DNA of 64,000 nucleotides from positions 5,305,656 through 5,369,655 of the forward strand of contig JBJCIZ010000239.1 in assembly GCA_051294375.1 (NCBI GenBank). Direction: 5' to 3'. Under the pieces are notes generated by a model. It made no database searches. It saw only the letters and a program-made list of their open reading frames with translations, and was not told the origin of the DNA. The translations under genes were made by a program, and so were the position numbers. The DNA comes from Paraspadella gotoi (Eukaryota > Animalia > Chaetognatha). Positions 24,434 to 37,468 of the stretch are shown one piece after another; position 1 is the stretch's first letter, and each line of letters begins with the position of its first letter.

Positions 24434-25138
24434 CAGGGGTGGGACCATGATATCGAGTACAAAATTTTAAAAAATCATTACTCTAAAACTTTAATGATTT
24501 TTTAAATTTCAATGAATTATTCGTATAAAAATTCTCTCTTTAGCTTTTAGAGAATATATTAATTGTTTTGATTATTATGCTTTTTTGAATTCCAGCCAAA
24601 GTCAAACTGGCCCTCATGTTTTCTCCGCGCGGTTTGGAAAGCAAAAAAAATTTGAATAACTTCAAATAATGTTTAATCTCATTTCGTAATACATAACAGT
24701 TAAAATATTGGAAGTACTTATTGTAGTATTATAATGCTTCTGGTAATATGTGCAGGGGCCGGCCGAGGAGAAATTTGGCGCGGCCCCCCACTGGCCCCCT
24801 TGTGGGTACCTTCTTGCTCTCCATAATTTTTATGTTTAGTTTTCGATTACCGACTTTTCTGCTTTGAGGGAATTGCTCCAGCTGCTCAAACTTCTTGCCT
24901 TCTCTTATTTTTTTTTCCTTCTTCTTTTCTTTTTTTTCTTCTTTTTATTCTTTCGTTTCTTTCCTACTTTTTCTCTCCTTCTCAGGTGGCCCGGGCCACC
25001 GCCTGAGCGCAAAATGAACCTCCCCTCTCGCCCGCCCCCTGAATGTGGGCTTAAATAAATTTATTTATTGCGTATCCAAATCCGTTCAGGACAGGGAAGG
25101 TCGTTAAGTCTTTGTCTCTTTATAAGGTCCCCACCCTG
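24434..25138. mobile_element. Tc1/mariner-type MITE (TA TSD)
   Basis: Left TA|CAGGGGTGGGACC and right GGTCCCCACCCTG|TA (reverse complement CAGGGTGGGGACC); flanking TA at 24432-24433 and 25139-25140; no coding capacity. Confidence 0.7.
24753..25041. mobile_element. hAT-type MITE nested in the mariner-type MITE
   Basis: TIRs CAGGGGCCGGCCGAG and CTCGCCCGCCCCCTG (13/15 match); flanking 8-mers AATATGTG and AATGTGGG (6/8), consistent with a decayed 8-bp TSD. Confidence 0.65.
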
Positions 25139-28100
25139 TAGTTTGGTTGGTTCTTGCGATGCCATGTTTTAGGAGGGATATCAGATTGCAATTATTTTTG
25201 TTTCCCCAAGTTAAAAATTCGGAAAAGGAACATTCAAAATAGAAAGAAATGGTTTTTTTCCTGGCAATTATAGTGGATGAAACTAAAGTTTTTCGACGAT
25301 GGTTCGGTTGTTTGGGTTTGATAACAAAAATCGATTGGGTTCTTTACTCTTTACATAAATTTTAAAGTGGAAAACAAGTTGTCGAGCTCGACTCCCCTTT
25401 TGAGTGGTTGTGACATTAAGCCACATATGGGTTTAAAAAAAGAGAAAGATCAACCGCAAGGAAAAAATTCCCGCTTGTTGGTATTTATAATAGAATGACA
25501 ATGACCCAGTGACGGAACAATGTCGGACTCTGGCCTACGATCAATAGCGGGTAATTAATTAATTTATAATTATAACAAAACATCTAAACTAAATAATAAT
25601 TTAGTTGTTTTTAGGATGGCGATGTCCGTCGGATTGGACAATAATACCAATACGATTGACTTGATAGATTGATTTATTATTTGAAAATTAATTAATAGAT
25701 AAAATAAAGTTCGATTATTAAATTGACATGATTAATTTGTTTTTGATCTAATTATTGGTAATTAATTGCACTAATTGATTATACTGATTAGATTATTTGA
25801 TTAATTAATACATTCTTTATCATTAAATACGTCTTTTCGTGTTTATGTTTGAGTAATTCCACTTTCCACATTCGTTTTCCAAACTCCATGATGCCTGGAT
25901 AAGTGCGAAGAGGGTAAAGAAGGCGAGAAGAGAGGTGCATAGAAGAGACTTTCGAGAGGAGGTGGGAGAAGCAAGAGAGCGGGGAGAGAGAGACGGTATC
26001 TCTGGATGCACGGGTGGACCTCCCGAGTATCAGGAACACTTGAAAGTTTCGGGAGTTGCACAATCAAAAGTAGGTCACTTAAGACTAGGGCCCAGTAAGC
26101 GTTCTGGTGGTTACGCCAGGAGATTTTCTCCCTCGGTCACATTGGATAGGTCGAACCGTCCGTGGTGGATATGCTCGGGTATTCCACGACATGAGATGGG
26201 ATGACGAAGAGAGGTATGAGCAGAGATGAGGAGATTGAGCCAGTGCCAGGAGCAGAGAGGTAGGTAGGTGTCGATTTTTTTCCTTTTAAAATTTAATTAT
26301 AAAAAAAATCCAGTTAAGGTGAATATTTATCAACCAGCTAGTGTCGAGCACTATCATCCGCACCTCTGTCAAAGTATACGACCAATATCATGTGAGCATC
26401 CAGAAAGGTTGGTAGAATTTCTTTTATGCCATATTTCATCTCCAATCTCCCTTTAGACAACAAATTCCTTCTATTTATTTCCTTAAACGGATCATTTCCT
26501 CTTCAATAAGGGGTTTGTTTGTGCAAAGCATAGACCTGTGACAACAAGCATAAATCCAGAGGGATCCCTAAGATCACGCGCCGCCTAGAGATAGCGAACA
26601 TAGCACGGCCGTCCATCTGGAATGGTCGGAACAGCCTCCCATTAGATGATGCTCACCACCAGTGGATCGCGCGAGGGTGGGTATCTGGTCCGAGGGCTAC
26701 CACATGCTCTGGTGTCCTAGTTTGGTGCTTCTATTTCATGTTTCATCACCTAGACATTAACATTTTAATCCTTAAGCTTTTTTAACTTAACGAGTTAAAG
26801 CGTCTATTGCGACTTTAACGATTATGCGTAATTTGCATGTCTCTCTATTAGAGCTGAACCTAGCGATTCAGTGAGGCGTAGAGTGCTCAGTAGGATGGTG
26901 AATTCATCCCAAGCTAAAGTCACCCGAAAAAAGTTTGTTAATGTTTGATATTGTGTTAAACCATTTCTTTAAAACCATTCTTCCGCTCGTAGAGAGAGCC
27001 AAATTTTAGCAAGAGTTACGCAGTCTTTAAGACCAATTTAATATTGTTACTCTGGTTGGAGATCATTTCCCTCCGAGGTAGTGTCTTTCGTCCCTTGTCG
27101 TTCGTGATTTGTTGAGGTTTCCGGATTACACGTTTCTTTCATTGATCGATAAACCTGTCGGTGACGACGTGACTGTTCCCAGGTGAACGGATGCAGTTCC
27201 GCGTACGTCCGGTGCAGAAGGTCATGGGATCGTCGGTAATCATGAAATTAGAAGTCAGTAAGCGACTGTAATCTACACGTGAATCTACACTGAATCCTGT
27301 TAGAGAGTATTCGCGGTAGCACGCAAAACGATTGCCGATATAATATTATTGATGAAATGGTATGTAAGATTTAATGGAAGTCCCAATGCTGTAAGAAACA
27401 ATTTGTGAAAAATGTAAGTAGCCAGCTAGACAGCTTATGTGCCTATACACCAGTGTATAAACGTGGTCTCCCAGCCGTTAGAAAGAAATTCAGTGTTGTT
27501 CGTAAGAGTTTAAAACGTGTTCCGTATATTACAAAATGTCATACAAGTTTGAAATTTAATAAAATTTCTATATAAATTGCCGATTTAAGAGCGATGACAT
27601 GGCAAAGAAGTTATAGTAACGGTCAAAGTCCATGTCATTTTTCTTGACATGACCTTTTTCTTTAACACTATATTTACTGTGATACTCGTTGTAGACGTTT
27701 AGTATTGATCGTCGCCTTGTTATAGGTTCTCCGCTCGTACGCTTCCGTCTTTCATCTCGCTTTCAAATCTTATGCAAAACTCAGACTTTCACATAAGCCC
27801 CTTCTAAAGACTTGCCTATTAATGTGTAGCCTCCTCTTCATCTACTCTCTATATCTCACTAGAATTTTTTTTTTCTTTTTTTCCTTTTTTTTCTCTTTTT
27901 TTTATTATCATATTTACTATCATTTTTTCCCCATTGATAGCGTTATTTTTTTGGCAGTTAATCTTTTCCTTCTTTTTTTTCCCTTTTTTTATTTTTTCGT
28001 TTTAAATCTCCGTTTGTCCGACAAAGCTTTTCCCGATAATAATTCTCCCCTTTTGTTTATAGACATTAAATAAATGAATCGGAAAATGAGGAAGTCTAAT

Positions 28101-28340
28101 GTGATTTTTTGAAAAAAAGAAGCTATTAACAGAAAATGAGAGAATGAAAGAACAACTAAAGTTGAAAAAGTGACCAAAAGAAAACAAAGAACAAAAAGTA
28201 TAAAATGACAAAACAATAAAAAGACGGAACAATGAAATGATAAAACAGTAAAATGATAAACTTGATAAAAATTAAGATGACAAGAAGACGAAATGTCGAA
28301 ACAAAAACAATGACAAAATAAAATGATAAAACGATGAAAG

Positions 28341-29005
28341 GAGACTGTGAGAAAGTCTAGATTGAAATTTCGCTATTATCTCGAAAGAGTGATGGAGACC
28401 AAAGCCTGTCCAGAATCAGGGGCAAGATAGCTTATTTATTAAATGAATGGATTAAATTGGTTGAAAAAATTTCACGACTGATTGATAAATTATCAATAAA
28501 ATAACATAACAAAGCAAAGAAATCAAATGTTATAATAATGAAAAAAATATTTAACTATATTTATGATAAACCATTTAATGTCAAAACATGGAAAAACAAA
28601 AATAAATTTCCAGAAAATGACAAGATGCAGCCGCATCATGAACTTACCCTAAAAAAATGGGTTTAGCCTCAGCCTCACAAGGTTAGAAAGTATTTATTTT
28701 CATCTTTTACTGACTTGGGCCTTTGAGAGTTAATGGTCTCTTGGGCCTATTTTGTCATGCGATATTTGGGGCCTCGTTGGTTCCTTCATTTATTGAGGTC
28801 TCATAAAATCATTCCAAATTTTTGGCGGCATCTGTTTATATGAAATTGGTACAACCAATATAAAAAATATTCATTCATTTGATAAATAAGCTATCTTGCA
28901 CCTGAATTTGGACAGGCTTTGGTTTTTTTCAGGCCTAAATCACTCTTACAAGATAATGACAAAACAGATCCCTGCAAGCTTTCAATCAAGACTCTCTCAC
29001 AGTCT
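28341..29005. repeat. Inverted pair of the dispersed repeat (arms about 28341-28463 and 28852-29005)
   Basis: AGACTGTGAGAAAGTCTAGATTGAAA is the inverted match of TTTCAATCAAGACTCTCTCACAGTCT, and CCAAAGCCTGTCCA..GCAAGATAGCTTATTTAT of ATAAATAAGCTATCTTGC..TGGACAGGCTTTGG. Confidence 0.75.
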
Positions 29006-29196
29006 AATTTCAAGAATTAAACATTATCCTCTCCAGTCTGCATTTCATTGTCTAATTTTTGCGGTTAGGATTTTCGAGCCTTTGAACTGAGAGTCCAATT
29101 TGTTTTCTTTTGTTTTGTGTTCTTTTGTTTTTCTCGGCCTCTTTTTTTTGGCTCTTGAGATTTTTGTCGTAATTGCATCCGTCTTCAGAGATGCGC

Positions 29197-31210
29197 AGGT
29201 GGTTCGAACACAAGCTTTATTCCTACTTTCAAATTCAAACCCACAGTTTAAAATGTCGTTTAGATTAAACTAACAATAAGCTCCTTAGATGAAGAAAACT
29301 CTTTCTGTGTCTGAACCGTATTTTTTACCGTATTTTTTACCGTATTTTTTACCAAGCCTAAAAATTTCTTTTATTTGCACAATTAAATAAATTAAATTTT
29401 TCACAACTTTCAAAAACGAGAAAATAATTATTAATATACTCTTAAGTCTTAACCCACCCTAACCATAGCTTGTCCAAATATTGCCTAATTATTAAATAAA
29501 TGTATTATTTGTTGTAGAATCGTACGCACCATCCCCTTAACAAGTCCCAACTTCCGTTATTTCAACGGTTTATCGTTTTTCCTCATCTATGAAATTAAGA
29601 CTCGCAATAGAATGAACCCTTTGCCATCTCATTCAACGATATCTCACTTTGCCATCTACAACACGGATCGAGTTATCTCTTTGTGCCATCTTCCCCCCGA
29701 TTAACCGCGCCGTCGTCTCGTGCCATCGACCCAATTTCGGGTCAACTCAGCTTTTGTCCGTTTTGCGCACTAATCGTGTCGGTTGAGAAAACAGTTGACG
29801 TTCAACGCGGTTGTATGAAAATTGCTTATTTTGATACAAAAAATAATTCACATCAGTTATTTTTTTCATTCAATAATATTATTTAACATTTTATTCAATA
29901 TTTTTTGTTATATTTTTATATTCGCTTTATCAAAAATTAAAATAATTTATGAATTTTCTATATACTTTCTGCTCTAGTTTTTTTTTGGACTAAATATCAA
30001 GCATCAGTCCAATAATAAAAGCATAATGGGCTCTCTTAAATATAACTGTCAGATGCCTTAATAAAAAAGGTAATATTATTTTCATTGACAAATTAGTTTC
30101 TCGTAATTGTTTATGTATCTCTCTCTTCATTTATTTCTTTCTCCTCTATATTTCTTATCATTTATTTCCATAATTACCCTCCATTTTCCCGCCCTAAATG
30201 CCATCGTCTTATCCCAGATTTTTTTTTTCGTTCCCAAAAGATGGCACTTTATATCGAAAAGACGGCGATACGTCAGAATTGCCAAAGACGTTTATTTTCT
30301 TCGCAAATGGCAAAGGAAAAACGAAGTCCCTCTTGTTTAGCCTAATAATTGCTACTCTCTCTCGTTCTGCTCTCGGTTCTGCTCTCTTTTCTCTCTCTCT
30401 CTCTCTCGTCTCTCTCCTCTCCATATTGCTTTCTCTGCAATCCTCCTCCGCTACTATCTTTTTATCGGCTTTAATCAAACTCAAGTAATATATATTTCTT
30501 TTTCATGCGCGGTTTAAAAACGTCTTAATAATTTGATATTTATTATTGCTACTTGAGAAACTTGATCGGCGACTTTGCTCTCCTCTCTCTTCGTGTTCTC
30601 GNNNNNNNNNNNNNNNNNNNNNNNNNNNNNNNNNNNNNNNNNNNNNNNNNNNNNNNNNNNNNNNNNNNNNNNNNNNNNNNNNNNNNNNNNNNNNNNNNNN
30701 NNNNNNNNNNNNNNNNNNNNNNNNNNNNNNNNNNNNNNNNNNNNNNNNNNNNNNCTCGACAATTCATAAAAAAAAGTAACAAGGTAAAGTAATCCAACCT
30801 TCAACCAAAAATCCTCGAGAAATAATAAATTTATGAAAAAACCTAAATTTCTCAATTACATTAATACAAAAAAAAAATAGGCAACGATATCCAACGGTCG
30901 ATTCCGGATCATCCCGCCTTTACTGTACTCGAAAATGAATACAGGAAACCCGGCAAATAAAAAAAACACAGCAACCCGGATAAATGATCGAAAAAAAAAT
31001 CAGGAAAAGAGACAGACGAGGAAAAAAAGGTGGAACCTGGGAATTAATTAGAGGAAGAGAAGGACGACGACGACGACGACGACGACGACGACAACGACAA
31101 CGACGACGACAGCAATCAAAGCAAAAAAAGTTTCATTGCTCCATCATAAGATTTTAATATCGAGAAATAATTTTTTTTATTTCTCTCTCTCTCTCTCTCT
31201 CTCTCTCAAA

Positions 31211-31241
<31 letters not shown>

Positions 31242-33595
31242 CCTTTTTTCCCTTGAATTATTTCCGTCCACACCTCATTTTTTTTGGTCAAAAGAAAAAA
31301 AAAGTTTTCATCTCGTTTTTCCGGTTTTCATGTTTTTTTGTTCTTTAGCTTCGTTTCGTTTTGTTCTCTCTGTTTTATTTCTTGGTTTTGTTTCCTTTTT
31401 TTTTCTTCTTATTTTTTTAAATATTTTCTTTCGGTTTTTTCGCAGCTAAGTTTTGTGTATTTTTGTCCGCTTTCTACTTTTATAAATATGTCAGCAAACA
31501 GTCATAAATTATAAACAGTTATAAATAGGTCAACAGTTAAGTTATTTATACGTTTACTATTTACTATTTATCAATTGATTTAAACTATATCATTTTCAAT
31601 TAAATTAGATTAATTTTTTAATGTTCTTTCGATTTCTATTTTTTTAAAAACTTGAAACCTAGTCTCCCCCGATTATTTTTCAAATTTACATAATTTCAAT
31701 TCAATATACACGTATAGTTTAAATTTATACATCGTTGGAGTTGTAGACGTTGTTGTTGTTGTTATTATTTTGGTTATTGTTGTTGTTGTCTTTGTCGTTT
31801 CTGCTTCAATCGCCAAACCAGTTTGGTTCGTGATCAAGTTTCTTTTTTCGTTCAATACTTTTCTTTCATATGCAACTTCTTATCTTAATCTTTCTTCTAT
31901 TTCTTTCTTATTTACGATCCTGATCTTTTTTTTCCCAGTCCAGTTGGTTCCGCTTGTCTGGCCATTTCTCGAGTCCCTCCGTCCCTCAATACGTCCGTCC
32001 GTCCGTCCGTCCGTCCGTCCGGGTGTCAGTTTAGGTTTCCTTTCATTTCTTTCTTTGTTCTTTTTTTTTTTCTCTCTCGCTAATTCCATCTTTTTTGTTC
32101 CTTTTCATTCAACTTTTCCAAGCAAAAAAGGCCCTTCACTCTCTCTCTCTAGGTTGGTTTCCGAACACAGCTTTTAGTTCCTACTTTCAAATTTCAAACC
32201 CACAGTTAAAAGTCGTTTAGATTAAATAAAATAAGTTTCCTTAATGAAGAAAATCTTTTCTGCTGGTCTGAACCCGTATTTTTACCGTAATTTTTTACCC
32301 GTATTTTTTACCAAAGCCTAAAAATTCTTTCTATTTGCACATTAAATAAATTAAATTTTTCAAACTTTTCAAAACGAGAAATAATTATTAACTATGTACT
32401 CTTAAGTTCTTAACCCACCCTAAACCATTAGCTTGTTCCCAAATATTGCCTTAATTATTAAATAAATGTATTATTTGTTGTAGAATCGTACGCACCATCC
32501 CTTAACAAGTCCAACTTCCGTTATTCAACGGTTTATCGTTTTCCTCATCTATGAAATTAAGACTCGAATAGAATGAACCCTTTTGCCATCTCAATCAACG
32601 ATTATCACTTTGCCATCTACAAACACGATCGAGTTATCTCTTTGTGCCATCTTCCCCCCGATTAACCGCGCCGTCGTCTCGTGCCATCGACCCAATTTCT
32701 GAGTCACTCAGCTTTTGTCCGTTTTGCGCGCACTAATCGTGTCGGATTGAGAAAACAGTTGCGTTCAACGCGGTTGTATGAAAATTGCTTATTTTGATAC
32801 AAAAATAATTCACATCAGTTATTTTTTTCTTCAATAATATTATTTAACATTTTATGTCAATATTTTTTGTATATTATTTATATTCGCTTTATCCAAAAAT
32901 TAAAATTAATTTATGAAATTTCTATATACTTTTCCTGCCTCTAGTTTTTTTTTGGACTAAATTATTCAAGCATCAGTCCAATAATAAAAGATAATGGGCT
33001 CTCTTAAATATAATGTCACGATGCCCGTTTTAAAAAAAGCGTAATATTCATTTTCATGACAAATTAGTTTCATCGTAATTGTTTATGATATCTCTCTCTT
33101 CATTTTATTTCTTCTCCTCTTATATTTCTTATCATTTATTTCCATAATTACCCTCCAATTTTCCCGCCCGTAAATGCAATCGTCTACTATTCCCCAGATT
33201 TTTTTTTTTTCGTTCCAAAAAGATTGGCACTTTATATCGAAAAGACGGCGATACGTCGACTTGCCAAAGACGTTTAATTTCTTCGCAAATGGCCAAGGAA
33301 AAAAACAAGAGTCCCTTTGTTTAGCCTATAATTGCTTACTCTCTCTCTACTCTCTTCTCTCTCCTCTCTCTTTCTCTCTCTCTCTCTCTCTCTTCTCATG
33401 CTTTTCTCAATCCCTCCTCCCTCTATCTTTTTATCGGCTTTATCAAACTCAAGTAATATATTTTCTTTTCATGCCGGTTTAAAAACTTCTTATAATATTG
33501 ATATTTATTATTGCTACTTGAGAACTGGTGATCGGGACTCATCTCTCTCATCTCTCTCCTCTCTCTCCTCATCTCTCTCTCTCTTCTCTCCCTCG

Positions 33596-33627
<32 letters not shown>

Positions 33628-34092
33628 GTCTCCTTGTATTTTCGCCTCGACAATCATAAAAAAAGAGTACAGGAAAGTAATCCAACCTTCAACCAAAATC
33701 TCGAGAAATAATAAATTATGAAACGCTAATTTCCCTCAATTACATTAAGTACAAAAAAAAAATAGGGCAACGATATCCAACGGTTCGGATTCCGGATCAT
33801 TTCCCGCCTTTAACTGTACTCGAAAATGAACTACAGGAAACCCGGCAAATAAAAAAAACACAGCAACCCGGATATAACATGATCGAAAAAAAATCAGGAA
33901 AAGAGACAGACGAGGAAAAAAAGGCTGGAACCTGGGAATTAATTAGAGGAGAGAAGGACGACGACGACGACGACGACGCCGACGACAACGACAACGACGC
34001 GACGACAGCAATCAGAGCAAAAAAGTTCATTGCTCATCAGTAAGATTTTAATATCGAGATAATTTTTTTTATTTCTCTCCTCTCTCTTCTCT

Positions 34093-34153
<61 letters not shown>

Positions 34154-35084
34154 CCTTTTTTCCCATTGAATTATTTCCGTTGTCCACACCTCATTTTTTT
34201 TGGTCAAAGAAAAAAAAAGTTTTCATCTCGTTTTTCCGGGTTTCATGTTTTTTTGTTCTTTAGCTTCGTTTCGTTTTGTTCCTCTCTGTTTTATGTTCTT
34301 GTTTTGTTTCCTTTTTTTTTTTCTTATTTTGTTTAAATATTTTCTTCGGTTTTTCGCGCTAAGTTTTTGTGTTATTTTTGTCCGCTTCTTACTTTTATAA
34401 ATATGTCAGCAAACAGTCAAAATTATAAAACAGTTATAAATAGGTCAAAAGCTGGTTAGTTATTTATTCGTTTTTACCTAATCTTACTATTATCAATGAT
34501 TTAAACTATATTCATTTTCAATTAAATTTAGATTAATTTTTTTTAATGTTCTTTCGATTTCTTATTTTTTTAAAAACTTGAAACCTGTCTCCCCGATTAT
34601 TTTTCAAATTTAAATAAGTTTTCAATTTCAATATATCACGTATAGTTTAAATTCTATACATCGTTGAGTTCCCTGTAGACGTTGTTGTTTGCTTATTATT
34701 TTGTTATTTGTTGTTTGTTGTCTTTGTCGTCTGCTCAATCGCAAACCAGTTTGGTTCGTGATCAAGTTTCTTTTTTTCGTTCAAACTTTTCTTTCATATG
34801 CAACTTCTTATCAATCTTTCTTCTATGTTCTTTCTATTTACGATCCCTGATCTTATTTTCCAGTCCAGTTGGTTCCGCTTGTTGGCCATTTCTCGAGTCC
34901 CTCGCGTCCCTTCAATACGTCCGATCCGTCGTCGTCCGTCCGTCCGGGTCGTCTGGTCAGTTTAGGTTTCCTTTCATTGTCTTTCTTGTTCTTTTTTTTT
35001 CTCTCTCGCTAATTCCAGTCTTGTTTTTGTTCCTTTTCATTTCAAACTTTTTCAAGCAAAAAAGGCCCTTCACTCTCTCTCTCT

Positions 35085-35100
<16 letters not shown>
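29197..35100 (+). repeat. ~2.95-kb direct tandem duplication (about 29197-32150 and 32151-35100)
   Basis: Both copies start AGGT.GGTT.CGAACAC..CTTT..TTCCTACTTTCAAA and end AAAAAAGGCCCTTCACTCTCTC; differences are mostly single-base indels. Confidence 0.9.
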
Positions 35101-35147
<47 letters not shown>

Positions 35148-35271
35148 CTCGATCCCGTCCCAGACGGCTTGAATCGCCACTCCTTCGCCTATTACTTGCT
35201 TTATCTTTTCGTCTCATCCTCCCATGTTTAAGATTCTGTCTTTCTGTCTTCTTTCTTTCCCTATCTCTCTT

Positions 35272-35319
35272 TAATTTATTTATTATTTATTGATTTATTT
35301 ATTTATTTATTTATTTATT

Positions 35320-35350
<31 letters not shown>

Positions 35351-35486
35351 GATTATTTATTATTTATTTATTTATTTATTTATTTTATTTATTTATTTTA
35401 TTTNNNNNNNNNNNNNNNNNNNNNNNNNATTTATTTATTTATTTATTTGTTTGTTTATTTATTTATTTTTTTAATTATTTAGTTTT

Positions 35487-35565
<79 letters not shown>

Positions 35566-35582
35566 TGTATTTATTTATTTAT
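35272..35582 (+). repeat. (TTTA)n microsatellite with an internal N gap; one of very many microsatellites ((GA/CT)n e.g. 13052-13136, 20382-20512, 40771-40890, 62402-62520; (GAGT)n 13801-13861; (GTC)n)
   Basis: Direct inspection. Confidence 0.95.
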
Positions 35583-35593
35583 CTCTTTCTTTT

Positions 35594-35628
<35 letters not shown>

Positions 35629-36768
35629 CATTCTTTCTCTCTTTCTTTATACCTTTCTTTCTTTCCCTCTTTCTTTCTCTCTTTCTTTTTAGTTTCTTTC
35701 TATCTTTCTTTCTTTCCCTTTTTCTTTCTTTCCGGTCGAGATCCTCCCAATTTCTCCTCCTCCTTTTCGTCTTCTGCTTTTCGATCCAAAACGATTTTGG
35801 AAAATTAAAAAAAAAATTAGTTCCAATTCCTAAACCTACAGAACTTTAAAAATGTAAAACGTATTTCGAAGTCAAACCCAAGCATAGCAAATCGAAAAAA
35901 TATATGAAAAAATTTCATTATACAAAATTAAAATACTCGACAAACTTCAAAAAGAAATATCTGCTTTGCAAACATTTTTCTCAAGAAATTTGTAAAAACG
36001 CGGTTTTCTATCGAAGTTTTAATTAGATCGTTATAATTAAACTCAAATATTTCTCAACAACCTTTTCGAGTCGCCCGCCTTTGAGCCTCAACCGGTTTTT
36101 TTTTTCTTTTCCTTCCCTTTTTTTAAAAATCGTTTTAACTTTTAACAATAAAAAAAAGTAATTAAAAAAAATAGGTGAAGCGAATGACGAAATCGACTAA
36201 ACATTCGACGAACGCAGTCGTTGTCGTTGTTGTCGTTGTTGTTGTTATCCTTTTCGTCCGATTTCTTGTCTAATTGGGATCGAATTTAAGTCGCGCGGAA
36301 TCCTCGCTCGATTATTACGTCAAAAATGTTAACAAATAAACAATTAAACAATTAAAACAATTAAAAAAATAAATAATTAAACAATTAAACAATTAAACAA
36401 TTAAATAATTAAAAAACTAAACAATTAAACAATTAAAACTTCCCACCACAATGGCTTAAACAGAAATTTAAATCAAATTTCGTTCTCTTTATTAAATCGG
36501 GAAATCAAAATTTAACAAAAAGATTTTGTAACGAAAATATTCAGATTGCAAATCATACGTAAAGAGTCCGGGAACAAGCTATACTTTATAAACAATTCAT
36601 TACATTTTTAAATTGTATTTTGTTAAAATATAACAATTCAAACATATAATATTATTATATATTTTAATAAAGAGGATTTGCCTGAACTATGGAGATATAT
36701 CGCTTCATTTCAAATAGGCAGAGATATTGAAAGCGTCAAATCACTAAACACGGATTTTCATCTTCGAA

Positions 36769-37040
36769 TTCCGGACAACCAATCAAAGCTGACGGAACTA
36801 CTAATCACGGCTCCCGACAACCAATCAAAACTGGCCTTACTACTAATCAAGACTCCCGAAAACAAATCAAAACTGGCGGAACTACCAATCACGACTCCCT
36901 ACAACCAATCAAAACTGGTGGAAGTACCAATTAAGACTCCCGACAGCCAATCAAAACCGGCCTTACTACCAATCACGACTCCCGACAACCAATCAAACCT
37001 GGCGGAACTACCAATCACGACTCCCGACAGCCAATCAAAC
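36769..37040 (+). repeat. 42-bp minisatellite (about 6.5 copies) with two CCAAT-like motifs per unit
   Basis: Consensus ACTCCCGACAACCAATCAAAACTGGCGGAACTACCAATCACG; CTCCC unit starts at 36811, 36853, 36895, 36937, 36979, 37021; reads as 14-aa repeats (TTPDNQSKLAELPI) in ORF 36678-37175. Confidence 0.92.
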
Positions 37041-37206
37041 TCGAGCGAAATTCGTCCTCGTCGTCGAAAGATGAGTCTCGGTGTCTCTCTCTCGCGGAGG
37101 GAGAGAGAGACGTTGCTGGAGCTGGGGCTGTTGTGGCGATTGCTGCCCAAGAGGATCAGGCTGGGGTTCGGGTGAGTTTTGGTTGGGGTGGAGAGTCGGG
37201 CAGGGT

Positions 37207-37456
37207 TGCAGTCAGGCATTGCAATATGTTCACCCCGCCTATAAGCATGTCACCTTTAGTTTAGACCCGGTGGCTCATTGACCATCAGGTACCAGGATCG
37301 ATCCCCAATGGTTTCTACCAAGCGGGAAGCGTGAGGACGGCCGTAAACCGCCTCTAGGGGCGTGGGAAATCCTCAAGCTCGGTTCCAAGCCCAGGACCCG
37401 TTCCATGGCAGCCGAGGAGCCACAGAAGATACTAAGCGCCTTATCCGATATCCACA
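37207..37456 (+). mobile_element. Solo-LTR-like element (TG...CA) with internal tRNA-Met-like sequence (Helenus-type TRIM-like)
   Basis: Begins TGCAGTCAGGCATT and ends TATCCACA; flanks GGGT/GAGT; internal ACCCGGTGGCTCA...GACCATCAGGTACCAGGATCGATCCCC; aligns over its length with 53524-53818. Confidence 0.65.
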
Positions 37457-37468
37457 GAGTGACGGGAT

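Noticed and set aside
36769-37040. CRISPR-like array
   Set aside because: Units are contiguous tandem repeats with no unique spacers, the context is eukaryotic, and there are no cas genes.
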